From NCBI RefSeq assembly GCF_964204645.1, contig NC_134035.1, forward strand, positions 5,270,001-5,334,000: a stretch of DNA of 64,000 bases, in the 5' to 3' direction. A program made the translations under genes and the position numbers. Below, piece by piece: positions 12,501 to 24,500 of the stretch (position 1 is the stretch's first letter; the number at the start of each line of letters is the position of its first letter). The stretch comes from Tubulanus polymorphus (taxonomy: Eukaryota > Animalia > Nemertea). The notes below the pieces were generated by a model that had not been told where the DNA came from, searched no databases, and saw only the letters and a list, made by a program, of their open reading frames with translations.

Positions 12501-15500
12501 GCATCTATAAAATTCAAATTCGAATTACACCTTCATATATGAGAAAATCCGTAGAAAAGCCGTGTTAACCGAGTTTAGAATAAATAACGAGAAGAGTAGT
12601 ACTGTATAGGTTAACTATTTATTTGATGCACGAGCTTTCGCTACTAATATATCGAAGGTTCATCAGGTGAATGAGTCTTGAATGAGCATACCATTGGTTT
12701 ATACAGTAATAAAGTTTAGGACAGAACAAATACTATTATATAATGTTTTAGGACATTTTTATACCTATAAGGATACAAAAATATAAAGATCATCGATCCT
12801 CCAGATTTCATTATTGTCTGTATAATTCCAAAGAGGGTACTTACTGGCACACATGTGAGGATTCTCATCGCTGCGGTCTCCGCACTCATCACGTCCGTTG
12901 CAAACTTTATTCGATCCGATGCACACGTTATTGTGACATTTAAACTGATGTGGACCGCAACCGACCAGCTCTTCTAATTGTGCTACAATTCAACAATTGA
13001 TAAAAGTAGGTTCTATATATATATATTAGATCCATTTCTACAGTACTGAGTTACGATTCAATTAAAACTCGTTGAAAATGAACTAATTTTTATTCAGAGT
13101 TAACTGTGGAACTGGATCCAGTACCACAGTTGTCAGAGTTAACTCTGAATCAAATCTTAACTGTGGAACTGGGTCTTGGATTCTGGTCAGCTAGTAACGA
13201 CTCCAACGACTCGTGAGGTCAATGGGTTCAGAGAACGGCTTTAGATTGGTAAGTTCAAATCCCTAGGCGGGTGAAGATGTGTGGATCAGGGGTCCTGGTA
13301 TATAGAACTGAAATATGCTTCGACCAGCCAAAAGCTGTCTTTAATCATCGCACTGATCTCTTAATCTAAGGCTACACAATGCATACATGAACATATGACG
13401 TATATGACTTTCGATAAACTTACGACAATGAGCTTCATCTGATTTATCGGCGCAGTCATCTTCGCCGTCGCAGCGCCAGTTTTTACGAATACATCTTCCG
13501 GATTGGCAACGAAATTCATCGTCTTTACAAACGGTGATCGCTACGAAAAAACAATATCGAAATCACTAGAGATTTCAGAGATCAAATTAACAAAACGATG
13601 AATATATTAGACTGGTTGTATGAACATGGTATTATTGTAGACACTTTTGAGCTCGAGGCGAAATTATTATTTAATATCGATTTTAAGGTTGTAGATAGTT
13701 GAGGCTATTCTCAAGTCCTGACGAATATCATACTACAGTATCGATTCAAACGACTCTTATTGTGTTTTTACGAGTGGAATCCTTCCACTTTTTTTTCAGA
13801 TTTTATTCGAAGGGGTATTTTCTTGACTACGAGATTATTTGAAACACTTACGACAGTCGAGTTCATCTGTTTTATCGTCGCAGTCCGATTCTCCGTCGCA
13901 TTTCCACGCGCCGTTTATACACATTCCGTTTTCACACTGGAATTCACCCGATTGACAGGCGGGGCGTTTCTCTGAAACACACATCATTAAATACAACAAA
14001 TATTTACAGAAAACTAGCTCTCATTGGGTTATAAGGTGTGATGCTGTTGCCTTCACTATCAATGCTCATGAGTACCAGACGGGTTCGATTCCGGCTGGCT
14101 GTTTACAGTGTGAGGGCAACATTTCAAACGACGTGTCCAATCGTGAGGTAAAATGAATAATACAATTCGGTTGGTCTCGAGATCTGACCCACCTTACGTT
14201 AAGCAACACAAACTCACACAATTATCAATTTAACACGAATTATAGATTAAATTCAATACACTAGCAGCAATGATTGAATTAAACCTCACTAACCACAGAC
14301 TCTTTCTTCACTCCAGTCTCCGCAGTCATTATCACCGTCGCAGACGTACTCGCGACTGATACACTTTTTCCCGTCGTCGCACTGGAATTGTTCCGGGCTG
14401 CACGTCGCGGCTACATTCGCTGTAACAACGGAAAAAAATTTAAACATAGTTATTTCGAAGAATGGTCGACATCAGAAATCCGGAAAAGATCGAACGAATA
14501 ACGCTTGAACTATCAGCTCGAAATACCAAAATTGGAGTAACTTTATTTTACGCGCAAACTTTTCATATACATCGGAAACAAGACGGGTAGAAACAAGGGA
14601 ATTGACGTATACAAGCAAAGGTGAAAAACTATCTCAAGGAACAAAGAGTAATTATATGACATTTCAAGATTAAAGATAGGCCTACATGAAATCTAGATTG
14701 AATAATGTACAAAGATTATATTTGAAATTAAGCTTTGCAAAACAAAACGGATGCGTGTTTGGGACTTTTCCACCAATCATGTGAAATTCCCTACCCCGCC
14801 GAGGAGGTATTGACACTCTCCCAGCATTTCGAACAACAGTTACAATACAAATATAAATTCGTTGTAATGCTTTCCTATCCTAGTAAGACATTTGATTAAA
14901 GATTATATACTAACGATGACAGGATTCCTCGTCGGAGCCGTCTGAGCAGTCGACGTCTTTATCGCACCACCACGATTTAGAGATACAGGTTCCGTCCCGA
15001 CACGCTACTTCATCAGCAGTACACGATCGAATAGCTTTAAATAGAAAACAAACCAAAAAAATTTATACCTAATACGTTCTCAACAGTTCAGCGTTGATTT
15101 ACAGTCACCTGTTTTTGACTTCTTGAATCAACATAGAAATCAATTGATTTAAGAGTTTAACCGTTTGGCGAATCTGTACTAAGCTCGATTATAGCTTTTT
15201 ATCACTCGACAGGCCGTGCGCGCCTCAGGTGTTACGCGGCTAAGCAAATTTTCTTAACGATATGGGACCTACAATTTCGGGTCTAAAATTGACTTCATAC
15301 GGTTAACTCGTCGGAAATCAATGCGGAAGCTCCCCGCACCGGCAACTAGTGTATAACAGGGCCCCCGACGACGCGAGCTCGCCGCTCGAATATTCAAATT
15401 TACGAATACATGAATAATTCATGCGAAGTAAAACCGGCGGCGTAGACCGTGAACGTGGACTGATTTATTTGATCAAAACCCCGAGCACTTAACCTCTTCT

Positions 15501-18500
15501 ACAACCAGCGAACGAACGGTGAAAAAAAATCGATGCAGGTGGTTTTTTCTTACCGGCGGATGAAATAAATCTATTCGCAACGGCAGCGATAGTAAACCAC
15601 TCGGTGATTATACCCGGGGTAAAGCGACATTTTGTCTTATCGCAGTCGCAGCAACACCGTAAATCTTACGAGAAGAATTACACTAACAACTCTATCAATT
15701 TTCAATGCCTGAAAAACTTCCCGGCAATTTTAGTCGTAATCAATTCAACATCATTTCAGAGTTTTGAATTTGTTTCGGGGTTCAATTACCCCGCGAATGA
15801 AATAAGACTTGACCATCTACAATATCGAATCAGGGTGGCCAATTTTATTTGCCTAGCTTTTTCCCAACCGTTCCCTGATTAATAAGTAAAGTTGTTTTCC
15901 CCGACTTGTTTTGCCAAGAATCAAATCAATTAACACAGTCAAATACATAAGATGTAGATGGCAAATGTTTGATTTTACGCTCTATCTAGCAATCTCAACA
16001 AATTTCCCTGACTTTTCCCTGATCTTTTATAAAGCTAACAAGAAAATTCCCCAACTTTTCCCTGATTTCCAGGTAAGTGGCCGACTCGCAAAATCTAAAT
16101 TTTATTTTCGTTCCGGGCGCCCCGGACGAAGAGGTCAATCAGTTGCGAGACGTACATTACATATATATTGCCACTTTCATCGTGCCGAATTACCCACACA
16201 ACACCCGGTAATTCATCGCAATAATAATCGGATAAAGGAAGAAGCCTCATAACTTTCACTACAATGATAATAACGCTATATCGCGTTACATCAAATTCTT
16301 CCTCGCAGCAAGAAAAAATAATGTTATATCAACGCATTACTGACTGAGTAAACTGCGCTTGAAGTTAGGGGTACATGATAATTTAGCAATGATTTCGAAA
16401 TCGTTGTCTTTATATCCAATCAGTACTTGAAAATACTCTTAGTTCGACTCAAAACGTGGCTTCAACAATAACTGATCATACAGACTTTGTCTGTGAAAGA
16501 TGTTAAGTGTACAAAATTTATCTCAATTTTTAAAAAAATCTTTGGGTATTTTTCAAGTAACTGGTCCCATTTCCTGGGTATAAGTAAACTATATAATATG
16601 TAGATAATATAACGAGAATCCCAGAATAATGACGAGAAAATGATAAAGTACGAAAATGTTTCCTCGAGCTGGTAGTTTATTCAAAGTTTCAACTATAATA
16701 AACATTCAACGTTTCAGCTTTAGTCATCATCATTACTGAAGATGACCATTATTAGTTTATAGTCGAAACATTGAATATATTACCGGCGCTCAAGGAAACA
16801 TTTTCGCAATTAATTATTTTCTCGTATCTATTGCGGGATTCTCTATAAAGATTCTCTATATATCATCGTCTCAACATGGAGATTATCAACGGTGAAAATC
16901 TTTAGAGTTAACCCATTAGCACTCAGGAATTGCACTATGTAGTGTCGATTACTCCTCAGAAAATTAAAGGTAAAATCTGAATTCATCATGCTACCGAATA
17001 GCTCATTTGCTATTTATTTCCATGCATTACAAGTTAGTGTTATTTTGTAGTAAATAGTCAAGGCTTTCATAAGATATAAGATTTGATGAGGTGGGCCACC
17101 AAAATCATGTCCTTTTGGTCCCCCAAAATTCATCCAAACTTAATTGGATTTGAAGTGAGCGCTCAGATGTATCATGTTCAAACTCAAAATACTGGAGATA
17201 TTGAAATAGAAGGATGCTGGTTTCTGTTTGGTATTTCAAGGACTTAAGAGTGTAGTTTATCATAACATGGTTCACACAGTTATATGTATTCAAAATTCAC
17301 ATGTTTTCCCAAGTATTTCGTGGGCGATTTTTCAATCTTTCCAAATGGAAATGAAAAGACATTATCATGCTTCAGTCAACATTTTAGTGGTGACTGGCTG
17401 ATTAAGGTGATTCTCAAGTGAAATCACTGAAGAAAGCCGATCTGGCAAATGCAATATGTGAAATCTAATGAATTTCCCAAATATTTCCCTGATTTGTGGA
17501 AAATTTCTCAAATTCCCAAATATTTCCAGACCAGGAATTATTATTTCCAAACTCCCAAGTTTTTCCCAATTTCCCTGTTCTTTGGGAACCATGTCATAAG
17601 CTATTGGGTTCGAATCCCACTATAACCATTTTCGTGCAGTATACGAAAAAAGTTCCAGGGCAGATTGGTGCGACTTGAGGAGTAATAGGCAGGGCGGATA
17701 CGGGCGGCTTGAGTGCTAATGGGTTAAGTTAGCTCATTTTAAACCATCTAACTCTAAGGGACGTCGTGTGCGAAAATACTTACGGCAATTTTCATCAGAT
17801 CCATCCCCGCAATCATCGTCATCATCACACTGCCACCGTTTATGTATACAGTTACCATTCTTACATTTATATTCCTCAGCAGTACAATTTCTTTGAGCTT
17901 TAGAAAAATAACGAACAGACGAAAAATTTAGACACAATCGCGAATGCGAACTCGAAATAATTTGACTGAAAAAAATGTCGAGAACGAACTGGGAATCGCT
18001 TCTTTAACAGGGAACATTAAACAAGAAAGTTCATCACGTTACTACTAATATATGAGGGGGTGGGGTGATACAACGCTATCGATTGACACAAGGGAACTCA
18101 GTCTCATCTTTCTAGAAGAGATTGCAACAATTTGATAGATAATATCAAAAATACATAAACAGGATATTCTTTTTTTTAAATGTATTTTTGATGATATCTG
18201 TGACATTGTTTACTGTTGCTAATCCCACATCCAGACAAATATTTGTCCGCCCGTCCGTCTGTTTCCGCTACTCCTTGTTTGTCTAGATATTAGTTATTTT
18301 TCCCTCTACACCACCGACTGATGATAGTTATATCAGGAATTAGAAACTTACGACAATCGAGTTCGTCACTGTCATCTCCGCAGTCATTATCAGCGTCACA
18401 TCTCCAAGCTTTCTCTATACACATACCATTAGCACACGTATACTGCTCAGATCCACACGTAGGACTTGCTGTAAAAATACAATAAACATCATATGAATGA

Positions 18501-21500
18501 TAATATCGGTAAAGCGCCTATATCTTAGAGAATGTTCACCAGCGCTTTTAGTTAATGCTAACTGCATTTTACAGACCAGTAAGCTTTACAGAAAAGCAGA
18601 TGTTTCAGACTATGTGTAAAAGCGTTCAGATCATCAATGTTCCGAACCTCTGAATAGTCGTATTCTAAAGAATACTTTCGATATTTCAAACCTAGCCTAT
18701 ATTATCTGTATCGGTCATGTCTCCCCGCGAGAGGAGAACCTTCCATCGATGACCCCAGACAGGTTCCCCGATATCTTCTAGGTACAGAAAGTCAATGAGG
18801 ATAAGGGTCTCGTTTCGGGCGCTCGACGCAAGGTGATAAAACGTAACCTCAATAATATACAGCGCGTAAAATTGTCACACGAATAGAAAAGCAGAGATTC
18901 GACTACTTGTTACTACCTTTAACAGCGGTGAAATATCCATGGTAACTCAGTACAACTGATACGCTTAGAATAACAGTAAACGTTGAGTAATCCATTAGGA
19001 CTGATTCGATGTCCACCGAACTAAACCCGCTCCTCGCTAATAGATTTATCACAAACACACAAGTTGTTGCTGTCACGTGCGTGCGTCTGCTTTATCCACT
19101 TTCCTCTAAGTGGTAAGTGATTCTCAGGTTCTTCTCCGATAAGTTGGATTATCTGTCAATGGTCTACTTCATTCCGAATATATGCGAGCGTATTTAAGCA
19201 ATACATTTAACGCCTTCGCGACAAATCATATTCCATTATCGCGAAGCTGAGTTTCATCACAAATATGGAAAACAGTTACCGGTAACCACAGAAATCCACT
19301 TATTCAGTAATTCACAATCTGAACGCGGTTATACATATCTAGGAAGATCAAGATGAAAATATCCAGTTTATATCTCAGAAATCCCGCACACAGTTTAAAG
19401 TCTGCAGTTAAATCTATGATTCTTTAATCGGAATTATCATAGCTCATCCTTAACCTCTGGAATCGGATCCTATCCCCGGTTATCAGCGTGGATTGCGCAG
19501 AATCCTGCGCCGTGTATTAACAGTAAATCTCAGAAAATCCCACCTCCGCACGGGAGCGATTCACTCGCAGTAATCCTCGTAATTCTTTGTTTCGTAAAAT
19601 CGGTGTCCTCACCTCGTCTTCCCTGACAGGACGAGAGCGTTGTTAGTTATTCAGACTGACAGCAGCAGAGGCAGCGGCAGCATGCGGGCAGAAGATCTGT
19701 TTGTATGCGTAAAATATTATGATGAATCTCAGTAAGATTTCAAACATATCTGTAGGCAGACAACACGACTCCCACTGAGAACCAGTTTTTTTTTTACAAA
19801 ACATGTGTTCACAGATAAGCCTATGCTCCTCCTATACAACCCAACGGCGTAACGCTCACCGTTACATGAAAAATACTTTCCAAGATTTGACGATTAGGAA
19901 ACTCGCGAATTCTTACTCAATAGTCTCCTCAGATTTCCGAAGGTATTTAGGGATATATGAGAAGTTTAAGTGCCTTATAAAATGTCTGGCGGACGGCCTA
20001 TAGTTCATGGCGTCCCTCGGGTGAAAAGCTGAACATATGTGAATCCGGCCGTTCAAGACGGAATAGTTTTTGAAGAAGAGTTGGGCCCCGGGAAGCAGAT
20101 TGATATTTGCGTAACTGCACACTCGGCGAGTTGATGAGAATTAGATTCCAGTTGTTGAAGCAGACACAACGTCTTTCCCCTTCTCTCTTGTTACATCTTC
20201 ATCAATCTGTATTATAAATGCATTTACAGTAATCAGTAACTGGTTTCTGTTGAGGAGACGAAGCTTCTTCTATTGTTTCCTTGTTTGCTGCTCGTGTAGC
20301 GTCTATTAGTCTTCATTATATGTGTTCTCAATTGCTTTTGTCATGTCATCATCTTCTGCCTAAGGATTTCATGTTGTCAGTTGAAGTGAGGACTGGTACA
20401 GTCATCCACACTTAATACGTGCTCCAGCACATTGTCAATAACTGATTGTTCAGAACTTCACCCGAGATATTTGTAATTGGTTATGAACTATAAATACCAG
20501 ACATTAGATATTTTACCAGCAAACTTTCGAAAACTGATCGTCCACACTTCACATATGTTAAGTAGTTCACCTGAGACATTTCTAGTTGAAAATGAACTAC
20601 AAACACCAAATATTAGACATTTTATCAGCACACTTTCAAAATCTGATCATCCACAACTTCACATGTGTTCAGAACTTCACCTGAAACATTTTTGATTAAA
20701 AATAAACTACAAACATCAGATATTAGATATTTCATTAGCAAACTTTCAAAAACTGATCGTCCACACTTCACATATGTTCAGAAATTGACACCGGGATATA
20801 ATGAACCACAAACACCAGACATTAGACATTTGATCAGTCTTACAAACACTAATCGCCCAAGACATCATATAACAAAAGTGATTGCCTGAAAGGGGTATAA
20901 GCTGCAGATATACCTGATGGCAGGGTTGAGCATATCGAATACGCGGCGTACTCATGACTATTTCGGAGAAAAATCTTAAATCACCCACGATTTCTTAGAA
21001 TGACAATGGATGTTAAAACAGCCTTGAACGTCTGCGAAGTATTTATTCCGGGGAAGATTCCGAACTATGAAATCGTACCCTGCATCCTACAAGATAGTAG
21101 CGGGCGAGGAAATTATTCCCCATTTCAAACTTAACGTCGATTTCAGCTTATCCCTAAGTGACATAATTCGATTTGAGGCAGAAAAGGGTGGAGGGGAGGT
21201 GGAGGTCTGAGGGGTTCAAGCGGTAGGCGTCAAATTTGAATAAATGATAAATATTCTGAATTCTAAACTGACAATGGATGAAAATCGGCGAGTGCGTCGT
21301 GCTTTACCGATCACACAATCGAAAGCCTCTTTATTTCACTTGATCGGATCGTGATTTAAAGATTTGTTTCTCGGTGTTGACGCGAGCAACAGACGTTAGA
21401 GTTGGCGATAATGATGAAATAATGACGATGATTAGCACTGATTGAGATGTACGGCACTCGCGGCATAACTGGCAGAACTGTCTGTCTAAACTAACTATAA

Positions 21501-24500
21501 TTCATTTAACATGATTCATATAGCGAAGAATGATATAACAGAAACAATGCGGTTCATTAGACTATGCACAATATACGAATTAGAATAAAGGTCTAACTGA
21601 ACGGAGGCCGATCCGAATGACTTAGGGAAAGGCACCAAAGTGTATCCATAGTAAGGAACTTAGCAGGAAACTCTTCCTCGTCGAGCAGAGATTTGAACGT
21701 GATGGCATCGAGACTTGAAAACCTGCCACAGACCGAGTGCGCCGCTTAGATGATGTTATTATCAACTGATCAAATATTCCTTTTTATTTTGGACGGGGGT
21801 TTTCCATTTACAGTATCCGTTGCCTAAAGCTATAATATGCCATAGTTACATTAGCGGGCAATCTGTTTGGTGCTGCAAATCTTCATATAGCGAACCTGCG
21901 CAACTCGTCTGGTGTGGCAGGGTTTCATGCCGTGGCTGAGTCTAGGGTGGGGTCCGGGAGTCTCGATACCATCAGGTTCGAATTCCTGTCGGGGTAGGAT
22001 GCCAGAAACTATGATTATAGCCGCTACCGCTAGTTCTACCAGCCGGATGGGAAACCACGACTGACAAACACAAATGACGAGTTTTCGAACTGCTCGAGTG
22101 AATTCATTCGTTTATGAATTCATATTTTTCTACTTGAGGGAAATTCTTCGCGCGGACGCAGCTCCATCAATCATTAAAACAATATCCCCCCTCTTCTCCC
22201 CCCCTCCGCGGCGATGACGGTTGGTTTGAGTTATTATACCCGACGGTATTCCCCGAAGAAACGTTCGTTCGTTCGTAACGAACTTTCACGAAATTTCATT
22301 AAAATTCGTCGTTCAATTGGCGTCTGGTGCTCGGTGGCGATCAATCATTGAAGCGACGACGACGACGACGACGTATACCTGCTTCCTTTCTCCCCTTGTT
22401 AGTCGAATTCTCTCAAATTACTGAAATTCACTTCTATTCGTTCTATAGATGACAGATAACAACAATTCTCATTTATCAGCCGCCACGTCGATCGTCTATT
22501 CGTATGACGCTCTCTCACGGGATTCATTTTCGCGAGATCAATTTTCTACGATATTCGCGATGACGATGAAGAAATCCGTAAGATTTCCAGTTTTATCGAA
22601 CGTCGAAAATTTCTATTTCTGGAATGAATTTGGGAGTAACGGTGCATTTTATAAAAAACCGGAGAAATCATCCAAATTCAACTTATCATTAGAAATGCAA
22701 TGTTCTCCTCTTTCACCCCCCTGAGAATCGGACAACCCGGACCCTTATTTCTGTGCTTTGGGGGATCGAAAGCCTTACTACTTCAGCCTTACCACCATGA
22801 TGTCATAGCCTAAAGCAGCCCTAAAGGGCAGATTCAGGGGATCCAGTCCCCTGTACATTTTTTGATGTGGTGCCCTCATAATTCTTATCAAGAAATGCAG
22901 CATATTGAGATTGGTAGAAGGACCCATTCTCACCAGTTTTTGGTTGATCTCAGCTTAATTAGCTTGGGAGAGTTTGTGGAAGAGCTTTAGCAGAGCTATG
23001 AAAAATCTTGAATGTTAGAACTGAGTTCAGAAAATGCTCTCTGGTGGAGAATTTTGTAAGCTCCAAAAAAGATTAAAAAAACATGTCGAAAGATTAAAAA
23101 GCTATAGGCCTACTCTAAATGCTGACTTTTCCTTGGATTGCTTTACTGCTTCATTTGATTCCATGGAAAAACATCAAAGGAGCAATGTTACAGTAATCAA
23201 CCACATCAAAATGAAGGGTCGAAATCAAACCCCCGGAGTACGCGCATGCATGACTCGGTGAATATCAACTAGACGACTTTCCAAATAACCAGGATAGTTA
23301 AATGGTATCCGATATAACCATCCCGAATACGGTTTTACCAGTTCCTATCAATAAACGAATGAATAGCCATCAACACCCGAGTTCAGCTAGACCAGGAATT
23401 CTACCAGATAGCATCATCAATTGAAATGTATGTTTCTAGGTGACCTTTCAATAACTGGAATGTCATGAAATGATAATAGACAAACGGTAAATTAGAAACT
23501 AACACTTAATCGAATCGTGCAGTATGATATAGAAAACAAACGCTATTCTAATCCGTTGACTACAAAACAGGGAGGTAGCAAGATTTGGCAACCTGCAGGA
23601 GCCGCTTTTATAAACCTAACCCGGGCACGTCAACTCAATTGACTGACAGTTGAATTAGGACTGAATAAAACTGGTCTCAGTTTTAACGAGTCTGTAGGGG
23701 GAGGTATGAAATTAGTGTCCACTTCTACAACAATTGAGGGCGACACCAGCGGTGTTCAGTGGATATACCCTCAATTTTTGATTGGACAGAGTCTACAGTT
23801 CTTACATTCTCGTGATCTATCACACTGCACTGGTCTCAGTTTTAACGAGGCTGGGGATATAAGGTTTCACATCTACAACAGAGGGCGACACCAGCGATGT
23901 TCGGTGGTGGATATACCGTCATTTTTTGATCGTACCGAGTCTACAGTTTTACCGACGCATTCCGAGTGTTTTTCGTGAGAATAAATCACGATTCCGCGCA
24001 CAACGGAAACATGAAAATAAATCATGCGTAGAATAATGAGAGACAACACGAAGAACAGCAGCGGCGGCGACGATAGTTTCCACCGATCCCCGGATCGTTT
24101 CAGCACCGCTGCGCCGTCAGGACAATTGCTACATTTCTATTTGTCACATCTACGTAACGATCTTTTCACGCCGAGCAGCGAGAAAAATACTAATTTCAGA
24201 AAGAGCGCCGGTCGGGCGGTCAATCGGACCGTGCTGAGTTTCACACGGAATCTAATCAACGCATCTAGGAAGTACTGAATCAATTGTACCGGGATGTATG
24301 GACGCATCTAGGAAGTACTGAATCAATTGTACCGGGATGTATGGACGGGTAAGCGTAGCGCAGTGCAGTCCGACGAACAGATGGAACTGGAGATAAAACG
24401 AATATTACTAGTACTATACAATGAAGATAACACACAGTCATAGTCACAGTCGAGCAGAGAGAGGAGAGCATTGTCTGCTCCGAATTAATTGTTTGTCACT

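Noticed and set aside
15161-15302. TTAA-flanked piggyBac-like MITE (similar weak cases at 8615-8935 and 11667-12054)
   Set aside because: Terminal inverted repeats are too degenerate to call confidently.
19610-19750. Possible extra exon (CAG acceptor, GTGAG donor, [15 protein letters not shown]...)
   Set aside because: In-frame stops precede the donor in the ATG-bearing frames, and it is not needed for the protein.
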